Assembly (NCBI GenBank): GCA_030141605.1
Contig: JAQGDQ010000987.1
Location: forward strand, 1-64,000
DNA from: Tubiluchus corallicola
Taxonomy: Eukaryota > Animalia > Priapulida
Reading direction: 5' to 3'
DNA: 64,000 nucleotides
The position numbers and the translations under genes were made by a program. The stretch's first letter is position 1, and each line of letters starts with the position of its first letter. Positions 12,501-26,600 of the stretch are shown here, in pieces. The notes under the pieces were generated by a model. The model did no database searches. It had not been told where the DNA came from and worked only from the letters and a program-made list of their open reading frames with translations.

Positions 12501-15500
12501 ATTCATCTCATTTAAACTTACACATATAATAATATGCAATGTTTCTACAAGATGACAGAACTACATTTAGACAGGGTGGCGAAAGACCAAGAGGTCACCT
12601 AGCAGCAACCCCTATTTGTATGAAATTAATATTTATTTAGTTAATCGAGTGACACTGTTATCAGCTTTTTGCGAGACATGTTTAATAAATGTATGTAATT
12701 TTAAATTTATAATAAAAATTATGTTAGTAACTAAAGGAAAATATGCATTTGTTATCAATATCTAAATTACTCAATGCCTTTTGTTAGTGTATCAAAATAA
12801 CAGATAAACTAAAATTAAAATGCCTTAAACAATTATAATAGACATAATACACTAGCACAAGACTTTAACAGTTGACAAACAGAAAATTTGAACAGGTCAA
12901 TAAAAATCAATCAATCACAGTTTCACAACATTGACAGCATTTACGACAATTGCGTATTAATTATACACCTAGTTATATATTTATTATTACATGCAGCAGT
13001 GCTATTTTTGAGTTACTTAGAGTAAAACAAATACATATTTTTTGTCGCAGATGATTTTATCAGTTGTGCGAAGGAATATTAATAAGTTACTTCGCTTTTA
13101 GAATTCTTTTTTCTGTTTGGGTCAATATTCCATGCTGCCAAGTAATATAGACTGCTTTGAATGCTGAATTTTGTGTTTTCAGCTATTGCCATTATTACGA
13201 AGTTTTAAGGATCCTCATCTGCGAGAACACGTGTACTGCGCTATTAAAGGAGCTGCTAAAGCGACAGAGAAGGAGCACGTAGATAGCGTAAAGAGGAGAC
13301 GAAAAACGAGGCAAAGCTCAGAAACACGGCGTCAAGAAAGAAGTTCGTGATTATTAATTGTGTTACTTGTTGTGTTAATTGAAGCCATTGCACTGCAAGC
13401 TAGTTTTGGAACCACACATCACAAATTTAGGCATTTTGACTGTTTTTATTGGTTATTGATTATTGAATATGAATTGATTGGAATTCTTTTTTTATTACTT
13501 TAACTTATTTAATGTTGTAGTAATCGGGTCTGAAATGGTGTGTTCATTACTAAGACAGGGATTTTTTGCAATTCCAAAAAAAACTGTTTTCCTCTCGAAT
13601 CAAATAATGTTTTCGATGATAAGAGTCTTTTGGTTGTGATGATGATAAATAATTTTTAATTTTTTAATAACCTTTTGTTAGGCACCTTTGAAAAGATAAA
13701 CAGCAGTTATATTTTTCAAAGTTTATAAACGTTTTTAATTATGTTTTAATTACATTTGTTTATTATTCTAACGTTGTTTTATCGAAATGTTAGCGTGTTT
13801 CTATATTTTTGTTAGTTTTGAATTAGTTTTCTTCACATATCTTTTATTTATTTACCTCTAAATGCAAAGTTCTCTAATTGATTTTGAACAGTTGTTTTAA
13901 GTAATTTTTGCTCACTCACCAAAAATGTTTTTGTCATCTTAAGCTTATCTTATTTTAATATTTCAGCTCCTTCCAGTTCCAGTAGCGACAGTGAAAGAGC
14001 ATCACGTACTGACAGCACCTCTGTTTTTCATTTGCCTCCTCAGTCCTTCACATCGGACACAGATGATCGTGTTGCATCTGAAAGTGTGTTTGATGCTGTT
14101 CTAAATGCTGCAGCTAATGAGAGATCTTGGAAGCAGTTGCTTGATAGAGCTTATAAATTAAATAATCCATTCTTAGCCCTGATAGCTGGATGTCATGAGG
14201 TATGTTTAGCATTATCTTCTCATATTTATAAAAATATTTATATGATGTAGCAGTCGCATGTCTTATAGTGTTATAAAAAATAGTAACATTGAGTTTATTT
14301 ATAAAGTTCAATTAGTTGTTTACACTAGTACTTAATGAAGAGTCCTCGATTTAAAATTGAAGTAGAGAATGAAAAGTGTATTTTTTTCTTATGCATATGC
14401 ATATGATTGTTTTTACTATTTTCTTATAGTTCCTGCTTGATTAGTCTCTTTCACGTGTCTGTTGAGTTGCAGTTTGTTAAAGTGTGTCCACACTAACTGT
14501 GATGTGGTTTGATCAGTGGCGTAGCTAATAGGGAAGCAAGGGGAGTAAGTACTCGCCCTGGCTACATTTTTCAAAATTGGCGCCTTTTTGGCAATGGAGT
14601 CATTACTTTATTTGACCAACCTGCCTCCCTGCCTCCTCCCTCCATGCATTTACGCAACTCATTTGTCAAGGTTGATTGAAGGAAGGATCAAATTGCACCT
14701 AATCTGATTATTATAATACATTCTTGTCACACAATTGTCTAGTGACGATTGTTTAGTAATAAGCCTATTGATAATTATATATTGCAAAGGCAAGTTTCAG
14801 TATCTTTATGTTTTATTATGACGGTATTATGTCACGGCGCCCTTCATTATGTGGTGGCTGCCCCTAACTTTAGTACCTGGCTACGCCCCTGGGCTTGATT
14901 TCATGCTATTGTGACATAGCAGAGTTCTGTTATGCATTGTTATGATGATGGCAGGTAACTTGCATAATAAAAATAATTTAGTTTTTTTAATTTTTTTATT
15001 ACTCTATCACTTCATTTAGGATTTTAAGTCAGTTTGTTGGACATGATTCCCGTACTGAAATTGTTTTTTGCATGCTGCATTTTGCTACTTTGAGTTTTTT
15101 TTTTTTTTTGAAAAGCCTACATAACTCCAACAGACAATGAACGAACTATTATAATTACACAAAGAATTCATAGTTAATATTAAAGAAAAGAAACTTATAA
15201 ATTAAATAACTTACTTTTTTCGGACAAATTTCGAATGCGCGCATTGCCGTATAGGTCCTCATATTTTGCGTCTTTGACACTAGTGAGCAAGTATAAGAAA
15301 GCGTCTTTGGTTACCCATGTTTTTTTACTGATCTCTGGTGACGTCATGACTGTACTCACAATGTCATTCTTGGCCGTTCTTCAAATTTGATACCACTAAC
15401 AATAATGTGATAGAAAATTGAAATAAACAAGTTTTACAGTAAATTTATAATAAAATAAATTCAATATTCGTAATGAGAGTAGGATTTTAGATTGTAAAAG

Positions 15501-18500
15501 CTTTTATCATAGTGAGGGTTTAATTTGACTTTAAATGAAAGCATTCCATATTCTTTTCCAGACAATAGATGGTGAGCATACTATTGACTGTCTTTGCATA
15601 TGGATACTTTGTCAGCTTCCCCAGCAAGCACGTTTAGATGCTGTGTCTCACATATCAAATATTGAAGACCATGAATGGTGTCTGGGTGATTTAACAGCCG
15701 TTCTAGTATCCGCAGTTTTGGCTGGCTACCTTAGTATTCTCTGTCACGGTTTTGAAATTTTTCAACCAGTATGTAAAAATACATTGTTCAGAATTGAATT
15801 GAATTAAAATTTATTTTTCTCCATCATGCTACAAAATATACAATATCCACATGCAGTTTACAACAAGAGTGCAAAGGTAATATGCAAATAAGTGTGGCCT
15901 AATAATTATTAATGTAAGTGGAGGAGAGAGATGATATCGAGGTGACCAGAGGTCATCTAGTTAGCTATCCTTTTAATATAAATTGAATAGTGAATAATCA
16001 CAGGTAACACTAATGAAGTTCAAGAACCTATCAAGTCAAAATAATCTAATTTTAACTTCAGTTTAATTTGCTGAATTAGTGATTTCTAAGTAGTTGAGGT
16101 AGCGAGCATATTTGTAGTTGCAATATCATATTTAAGTCTGGTGGATAAATAAATGTCTAATTGAACAGAATTACAACTTTATTACATTAAGTGCCAGAAA
16201 GGAAATGAATTCTTCTTCTGAGTGTAACACTCTATGAACAATGGTGCATTTATCACAGAAATAATAGAATTATGCTTTGTAGAATTGTTTGTTTTTATTA
16301 CTTCTTCTTTTTAGTCATTGAAATAAAGTATTTCTGGCTGGCTACATAATTAGCAGCTGAGTGTTTTTATTTTTTGGTATAGTTTTTGTTATAGTGAAAT
16401 TTTACTGTCTTGATTAGCGCATCTTAAAGGAAAACCAGCCGATTGTGTAAACATTAGTTCAAAATAAAGTATGTTCTTAGTTGAAAATAAATAGTATGTT
16501 CTAAAATATTGAAAACTACAATAGCTACTTTGAATCAATGCTTAGAATAAATATTAATTACATCGGATAGTTAAATTTCGTTAAAAATTATTATTAAGAC
16601 CTTTGTCTTAAGACATTTGCGTGACTGAGGGCAAATAGGCGCAGTACCGTGATAAGCATGATCTTGAACTGCAGTGTTCGTCTGTGATGTACAGCGCATT
16701 TTCGTGACATCATGTCAGCACCTTTTAGCAATCTAATCTTACGCAAACATGCTTGATGCACAGGAAAGATGCCTGCTATTGCACAAACGCTGATTAGTTT
16801 GTGACATAACCGATAGCTGTGTTTGGTTGGTTGCTGCTAACAAGCTTTCAAGCTAATTATTTAACTATAAGACGCTATTGCTAGCTTTTATAGCCTAGAA
16901 AATGCATATTTTGGATAGCAAATTAAAATGGAATTGAGTCTAATCAATCGTCCGGTTTTCCTTTAAGCTGCTGTTAATGAATGAGATTACATTGCTTGAC
17001 TTGACCTTTCTATTTTACTTGACAGTGTTCGCCTCTGTTGCCTTTGCTAAGGTTTCTTCAAGCTGAAGCTTACAAATATGATGTTCAAACTTGTCGAACT
17101 CACTTGGAATCATTTAAAACAAGCTTCACAAAAGTATGTTTATTTTTTATATTGTATTCACTCGTTGAAATTATTTTTAACCATCATCCTTCAAATACGC
17201 ACTCTAAACTTGCAGAATTCGTATGGAATTGTTTATGTCAAAATTTTATGTGTTAGTTAAAACAAAATGTTTGCATTTTCAGTACTGTAAGCATGGCAAG
17301 AAGGATGAAGGAATCCTCGGAGATCGGCAGTGGTTTGAAGCTGTCTCAGTGAAGCTAATTAAAACACTTCTTTCCAAATGCCAAACATCGTATGAAGTTA
17401 TGTCCGTGTTACAGCCACTCAGTGACTTGAGCATAAACACACTTCTGTCTTCAACCAAAGGCAAGTCTAAAAATGAAGCAGAAATCTCATCATGTTTAGG
17501 GCGAATGATTTGTGAGCAGAACAAACGCGTTTTATTCTTATTGCTGGCAATCACTTGTCAAGGTGGCTGTGAGCTGCGAGTTCACAATTTGTTGACAATT
17601 TTGTTTTAATGTTATCTTTAAAAAATAGCAGTTTTACTGTGGTTTCCATATGGTAGCAGGCTAGCCTAAAAAAGCTTCATATGGTGGTTAAACATTAATA
17701 GAATGGTAGACGCCAGTTTTTTGTGCATGGCTAATGAGAGATAGAATTGCAAGTCTATTTGAGTAAACGGGTACCATAATCCAAAGAGTAAAGTTTAATG
17801 TCAGTGACAATGATTCTGCAGCTGTATCACTGTTGATTTGTGCATTCTTTTGTTTATTTATTCATAGTCATTTTAAAACTCCTTCTTTTTCTTCTTATTC
17901 CAACAAAGTGCTTTACCCCCATACCTGAGATATGCCAATGAAGAAATACTGGATACTGTAACAATGATAATGATAGTGATAGTGATAGTGATGGTGATGG
18001 TGACAGTGACAGTGACAGTGATAGTGATAGTGGTAGTGGTTGTGATAGTCATAGTCATAATGATAATGAGAATGAGAATGATAAAGATAATGATAATGGT
18101 GATAACAACAGCACTTACAATAACTTTATCAGTTGTAACAATAATAACAATAACAACAGTATTAATAATTTTTTTCTATTCAATAGATTTATTTCGCAAT
18201 AAACATATACATATGCATTACATGTGGATCGATAATCAGTTTTTGTTAATACAAAATTATGATACAATTCATGAATTCTGCGCTACAGACAATTTAACCT
18301 AACTTGCAGTTTTTGAAATTAACTGTTGTGATTTTTCTGTCACCAACCAACAAATTTACTACTACTACTACTACATATAAAGATTATAAGTGAATTTTGT
18401 AGACTATTCATTAGTTGATCAAACGATGTGATCCTAATATAATAAATTCCAAAATAACTACACCAAAATTGAATTTACTGCCGACCAGTTTCGAACTGTT

Positions 18501-21500
18501 CATTGTCAAGGCATCTAAAATAAAGAAATTTACCAAAATTTAGGAACAACATTGAAATGTAATTCAGTAGTTAAACAACCAAAATATACGTGATATAACA
18601 CTATATAAGATAATTTAGCAATTTACCTTGCAGATTACATATCTTGATTGGTATGAAACTATACTACATTTCACAATCAAACAAACAAATATGTTAGTAG
18701 TAACAGAACTGTCCATATTAAGGAGCTGCCATTTTGTAGCTGAATTCCACACAACACAGCATCGCACTTCAGCAGTAAAGAGTGCACATACTCATCTTTG
18801 CTGTTTAGCTTGGGTCCAAAACATTTTATGTGTAATGCTTCCAGTTTTGACATATCACGGTAATTGCATCCACAGTTTTTGCCAAATATTTATAATTCAA
18901 AAATAATTATTAGACCATAATAAAAATTGTTGGAATTTCAAATTAAGTGTTTGTAACAAAATCTGACGATGAATGAATTATGTTCTTTTATGTGGTTTTC
19001 CTAATTTGCAAGTATTTGAAACTAAAGTTTCCCAGTATGTTAAATTAAGCTTCATATTGTTTTTAGATATTGATTTTGAAAGTCTGTACAAACTTGCTTC
19101 CATTGCAACAGAGACGGAGGTTGATTTTAAAATAAGCAGGCTGCTGAGCACTGATCAAGACTATAATAGCGAATGTTTGTGCATCCTTGAATTGCTACAG
19201 GATAAGTCCTTGTTTGCTGAGGCACGATGTTTTGCTGAAACAGCTGGACTATCAACTGAACATATCATTTTAAATGAGGTATTCAATCATTTCTGTTTTT
19301 TTCTACGAACACTTAAAAACATGAAGAGTTGATTTGTTTGTTGCCTATTTTTGATTTGTTCATTCTTGCTTCATTTTTTTATTGGTTTAATAGTTGGTAC
19401 TTTCATTTGTTTATTTATTTGCTTGGTTATATTGCTTTAAGTGTAATTCTGTACTAAGAAATGCTCAAATTTTCTGTAATTATTATTAGAATGATAAGTG
19501 AAAATTAAGTGTTAACAGGGATTTACTGAACAAAACAACTAATAGGAAATAATGTAAAATAAATGAAATGCGTATGTTTATGTAGCTTATATAACACCTA
19601 ATACAGTTGTAAATAAAAAGTAAAAGCATTGACAGGGATGTCCTGAACAAAATAATTAATAATCTCATTTCTTTTCGGATCCTATCAACTAAACCACGGT
19701 CAAAATGTTACATTGTTTCAATCTATCCAAGACTTCATAAAATCTATGCGTCGCTTTTCATCAATTGATTGTGTGTGGTATTGTTAACTTAACATCATTG
19801 TATGTAGTATTATTAATTTAACCTCAGTATTTGTCTAACTCATTACTAACACTTAATAACCATGCGTCATATTTTGTAATATCTTTTTTTTGCATTACAG
19901 CCTATGGTATTACTAATCAGTTATGTATAGTTATATACCAAAGGTTATGACTAAATAAAAATTTGTTTAGACAAAAAAATAATTACTAGAAATAGTCTAA
20001 AATGAAATGTGTTTATATAGCAGTGCTTTGATGTGAGAAAATTTTCTTCTGTATTAAATTACTTCACTGGATTTTTTTCATAGGCTGCCCATAAAGTTAA
20101 TAAAGCAGTCCAACTCTCTTTGTGGTCTGATTTGCCAGCAAGAAAAACATTTTGGCATGGTATAGCAGATTTCTTTAGCTGGACAGGATTATCTCACAAG
20201 GCAGCTGCTGCATTCTTTCAGGTAAACTATCTTACTCAAAAATCTAGAGAAAGAGCCATTCTCATATAATGATATAAAGTTTTTGGCGGAATTCGAGAAC
20301 ATACCTACTTTGCGTTACAATAGAGTTATCATATGCCATACCTACCTACTCCTTGTATTGATATCGATATCAAGCTGATGTAGCTTTTTGTACATTTTAT
20401 TTTTCCTTCTCCCAAGGACAAGCAAGAAAGCCACTTGTGTTAATTAGTGGAAAACCATCAGTAGAATCGGCTGACAGTGGCGGTGGAAGCAATGGCAGCT
20501 ACAGTTCACTGAACTCATTCTCACTGACCCATTCTGCAGTTTCCTCCTCCTCATGGCCCCACTACAACCACCTAGTCACTCCTTGTTCCACATCACAGGT
20601 GTGAAAAAGGCGTGAAGTCAGATAATGATATCTTCACTAAATCAACTAGACCTACCTTGCGTTATAGTGGCGTTATCACGTCTCCTGCCACCTACCTGCC
20701 CTAAACTTGATATTGTTATAAGTAGATGGCCCATAAACTCAAGGCTCACAGTTTTGTTTCCTGAGTTTATGTTGTCGTTAAAATAACATCCTTACTGTCA
20801 ATAAAAACATTGCTTTTGATACTGAAGGAGTTTACTATGTGGAGATTGGGAGAGCCACCATCGACCACGAAAATGTGATGACCTCGTCAATATGTTATAA
20901 CTCTATCTGGTTACACCGCACCGTTTTAAGTTATTTGCATTTTAGTGTTAGATTTAAAATTTATTCTTGAATTTATTCATTATATTACCAAAAATTGATT
21001 AGTTAAAATATTTAAGTTATTGTTGCATAATAAACAGGCTCGAGTTCATTATTTGATTCTTTGCAGGAGAGAGCTGTCGTCTGTGATGAAGACAATTTGG
21101 AAAAGGTTTGGTTGCTGCAGTTAGCTGTTGTGTCTGTTAGGAAAGGTCATCCACAACTGCTGGAGCAAGTGTTATACTGGATGTGGCATGCCGTTATTCA
21201 ACTTTTTGTGTCCCACTACAAGGTACTGTATCTGTACCTTATTGATGTCACAGCAGCAGCAGCAGTACAGCTAGAGCGATTGTGATAAGATTCTTCATTA
21301 AGTGTTATTTCACTTTTTGGCATTTGTATGCTGCTTTGAGGTGTTGTTTTTTGCAAAATATATCAGAATTTTAGTCCATGTAACAGACTGCGATTTGAGT
21401 GCAGCCACGTATTACAAGCAATTAAATTGTTAAATTCGAACAGATGCGCAAATAAGAAATTCCTACTTTAGATGTATGGTGCAATTTTTACTTAGCTGCA

Positions 21501-23664
21501 GTATTAATGCTTTTTTCATTTTTTTGGCAATAGAAAATGGGACATTACCCAAGTGATGACATCATTGAAGACTTACTTTCACTGCTGAGAAGACCTGCAG
21601 ACAGCCTTCCCTTGACAACCGATTCCACGATTGAAAAGACTGATGTTAGTGAGAAGTGGCCTCGTAGAGAAAGCCTTACTCATTTGGTACATTTAGTCAT
21701 TTTCTTCTGATAATAATAATTTTGTTTTGGACATAATATGTAAAGCAAAACCATCCATAAGTCACCATAGCTGAAACTACGTTATAATACTTCAAAGTAG
21801 AATGCACCAAAAATTTGGTCAAATGTCAATTTCTTGTTTTTTATAAAAACAAACGCTAAATATATTGGACGCTTGTATTCCAACATGCAACATCCAAACA
21901 TCAAGAAAATGTTAAAAAATACTAAAAATCTAATTTTATAACCTCCAGTCCACTTTTCTGGCTACAAACTACTACTGAAATTGTTAAAAAAAATTTACTT
22001 TCAATCTCTTATAGTAACTCGTGGGAGCACGAGTTACTATCTGGTTCTATTTTGCTTCTGGTTTTTTCTGTTGCCAAGCCCAGGTCTTCGTCTGGAAGAG
22101 CCATCTACTGGATTTAAACATAACTTCAGTCTGCTCTTGCAAGGTCCATAGCAACCAACATTTGTGCGGTTGCTAAGTGTTTTGTAGAAACGCGACAAAA
22201 ACAATGACTAACTTTAATAGCAATTTTCTCAAGGTTATGTTTTTGAGTGTGTAGCGTGTACCTCAACTTCAACATGGATTATCTCAGCTTAGAAATAACG
22301 TAGTGCAATGAGTTTGGTATCAAAATGATCCTCGTGAAATGGAGATTCAGGATATGTGAATAACTAGAAAAGCTTAATTGCCGACTTATGGACGATTTTG
22401 CTATGCAAGCACACATGTTGCTTAGATATTACTTAAGGATATAAATATCTAAAGTTAATACTTTTGATAAATATGCATGCTAGAAGAACCAGCAGTATCA
22501 TTTTTAAGATTTGGTGTGACTCGGTTGGGAAATGAACAAGGCTCGTACTCGTCCTATAATTCCTATATTTTGGGATTATGTCCTATAATTCCTATAAAAT
22601 CATGAATTCTCAATGAAATGAGAATGTTATTGGTGTTTTTTGTGCTTCTTTGGTGCACTTAACCACAATTAGATAGTATAAGTACATATCTATATGATTT
22701 GGGCATTTTAGTGAATGTAAATAACAGTTGTCTGTTGCGAAGTATGTATGTGTTTACAGAGTTGATATTCTCATTGCGTGGTTTCAGGTAGGAAAAATCA
22801 TTTACTTTTGCAAAGAAATTGTGAAAATTGCTGTAGTGTTAGAAACTTTCATTTTTAAAGAAAAATGTCCTATATTTTTTTAGAATAATGTCCTATATTT
22901 TTGAAAAGTAGAATACGAATCATGGAAATGAACCGAGCATGCTACCACTGCCCTTTTCCACCTGGTAAGCAAATGAAAATGATGAACAATGACTGTGGAC
23001 ATTCTGGAAACTGTAAAACCTACTATTCCTGAAACAATTTAATGGCATTTTTTGCTAGAGCTTCTGAAATTTATGAGGTTTTTGGCACTGATTTAAGCTG
23101 CATTATTGGTAACACTAGTACTGTGAGCCATATTACATGTCATGCATAAAATATGGTACCATTTTAATGCTCATGTAGGAGTCAGCTGCTTTAGAATACA
23201 TTATTGGAGTTTTGCTGGATCGATGCTGTATTAAAGAAGCGTACGAACTCACACTACGTTTTCATCATCATAGTCACGATGTATGGGTAGTAAAGGTGAG
23301 AAAATGTACATGCGTTCAGAATAACTAAGCAAAAACCCGACTATTTAAGTGCTAAGAATCAAATAAATTTCTATACAAATTAGCGTTACTGTTTTTTGTA
23401 GTAACATTTTATATTCATCTTTACTCAGATTTGCAAAATGAGGTCTGAATAGTAACCGTTTTCTTGTTGCCTTAAATCCATTTCTCACGTTAAGTCTCTG
23501 TCTCTGTCTCTGTCAGTTTGAAATGTTTGTTTACAGTACTTTTTTTAAAATATTTAGTCACTACCTTACTGGCTAAAAATGACCATTATTATGTTGGAAA
23601 AGTTTTGGTAGTGAATGCAAATATTTGAAACGTGTTAGTGAGTGTGCAAAAGTGATTTTTTGGG

Positions 23665-23695
<31 letters not shown>

Positions 23696-26600
23696 AATAT
23701 ATATGTATATATATTTATATATATATTCATAAAGTATATATATATATATATATATACAATATATATATACACACACAATATATATATATATATATATATT
23801 GTAATTTTAGATTTTTATGGAGCTAGCTGAAGGTCTAATCACTGTTAATGATGTTGCCAAAGAATTCCCGGGCTTGATAAATCTTGATGCTAATCCTGCT
23901 CTCTGTAAGTACATAGAGGCTGAAGCTAAGTGGGCTACTGACAATAAATTCAGAGTACAAAATATTAATTTCTGTATTGATAAAGTGATATTGAGCTGTA
24001 ATCACCGAAATTTTCTGAAAAGTTTGATATAACGGCTTAGTCCACGTTCATCTGGCTGTATTATTACTGCAGAGATTGGAGAAGCAAACAAATTAAAATT
24101 AATGAATAGAATTATCAATTTAGCCTTGCGGAAATGTATTTCGATAGTTCAGGATAGGAGGTCATACATGCTAACATAAAACGGACAAACATTACACTCA
24201 ATGTGAGCACAATCTACATCGGTAATGTCAAAAGAATGGATTGTAAAAGCTGATAAACTTGGAAGACTTAACTACAAAAATCACGCCTATTGCCTGGTTT
24301 ATGTTTCATACGTTGTTCCTGAAATATGTATAAATCAATGTGTCAGTTTTAGCACAGTTTTAAACTTCCACAAAAATGCAAACCCCTAAAATGCCAGTTC
24401 AGGTAATTTCACACTTATTGTGCAAAAGTTCAGTGTGCTTATATCACATGACCTTTGTGACATACAATTAAATTACACGTGTCAACATCAAGTGTACCTG
24501 ACCACCTGAATGTCTCTTGCGACAGATAAACTTCAGTCTGCGCATAAAATGTATAATGTAAAGAAATGGAGACCCAACTTCTCATAATGAATTTTGCTTG
24601 TTAGAAATGGACACGTTGAGGTACACAAAAACAGAAGAAGCTTATACCAAGCCTATGTCAATAATTCTGTGCTCTGTGGCTCCCGTACTGACTCTTGTGT
24701 GTAATCCATCTCTTACTGTATGTCCATGATATCTTGAAATTAAGTGTTGTACTTGCAGATGCTAATCTGTTTCCTGGTCCAGCAATTGATGCTAATACAG
24801 TGTGGATGATGAAGGAACTTGAGAGACATTGTAATCATGGCAAACACTGTTGTAGACGCATTAGTGCTACCTACCGGGTTGCTAGTGTAAGTACAACTTG
24901 GCAAACAATAACTTCTACAACTTTTTTGCGGTATTTGACACTTTTTGACAGATTTCATGCCCGAGTGGACATGATCGCACACTGTGATAAATGGTTAATG
25001 ACCATGTGTATTCCATGCTTGCCTTAGGCGATTCCATTCGTCATACTCATCCTGATCATTCACCTCATAAAGTGAGAATGTATATGCATCTGACTGGGGC
25101 TAAGACACCTCTGTCAGTTTAGTGGCTCATCTTAGAGGGTGTGTTGCCTTTGATGATGAGACAGGACCAATCATGCCATGAAAATACGATGTTGAGTAGG
25201 CCATGCTGTCATGTGCTGGATTTCAGCTTCCAATATGCTGAAGTGCATAAAAATCATGGCTGTACTATTTGCGTAATACTAAACTTTGTAAAGATAACAG
25301 TCTTAAGATTGTAACTGCTGCTTTGTTGTCACTGTATAAATTGCTCATCTTTAGTCACTTTACAAATTTAAAAAAAATATTTTTACTATAGTTTTCTGCA
25401 TCTTGTTTTAATGGCAGTTATAGCATTCTTTTAGTGATGTAGCTGAATACTTTTAAATGTGCTGGAAAATTTGTGCATAATATGTACAGTAAGTTCTCGA
25501 CGTTTCGTTTTAACGGTGCTAAACATTTGACACCTTTTTCTCATTTAATGACTCATGTTTTGTTTCAACAACATTTTTTTTTACTTTGCTCAAAATTATT
25601 TTTTTATTTTATCAACATCATTTTTACCCAATTTCAAGCATCAAAGCAGTACATTGCATTATTCTTTTCTAGAAACATGCTAGTAACATGAAACAGTACA
25701 AGTATTATTTATATTTTCGCTTCCCGGTTTATTGCTAGCGACTTGTATAAAACGAAATCTGTTTGTCGGGACAACTTTAGTAAACTTTATAAAACGAATT
25801 TTGCCTGCAACCTGTTACTATGGCAACCAGTATCTAGACGAAATTGTCTGGAGGCCTGCTCCCAGGCTAGGCTTTTACTGAAATTGTTTTAAGGCTTGCC
25901 CAAGGCTCACCCCTAACAGCATAGCCAGGGCTTTAATGTTAACATTAGCTAGGTTTAATTTATATGAAATTCCACATATAGTTTCTGTTTGAATTCTTTT
26001 ACATTACTTTCTATGGAAGTCTTGGTTTCGTTTAACAACACTTCACATGTTGTCGCATTTTGCTAGAACGTATAACTGTTGTTAAGCGAGAACTTACTGT
26101 GCGTATTCAAAATGCTTACATCTTACTTGCTTATTCTCCCATGTGTTGTGTTGTAGGTACTGGGAAGAAGTTATGAATCAGTTGCTCTTGCTTCAGCATT
26201 TGGTATCATGAAAGAATTACTTCTATCTCAAGAAGCATCTTATTTTAGCTTAGCTCAGGAGTTTGTAAAAGCGAGCGGCATGAATGATGAACAGGTATTT
26301 ATTTTTGTTGTCATTTGTTTGCAAACTTATAACACAAGGAAACCCTCCAGTTACATAAAGCTTAAAAATTTTGTCTTGAAATTTGATACTGCTTACATTT
26401 TGTCTTTTTGCACACACGACTCACGTCTGCAGTAACACTGTATAAAATACGTAAATTTAAACTTCCACGATGACCGTTAGGCAAAGGCATCATATTTGCA
26501 ATCTGGTGGTTTAAAAATAGGATCATCTGCATTAAAGTCGAAATAAAAACTTACTATAATATAAGCTTTTACAGCTTAAAATCCCACTCTCAAAATGAAT

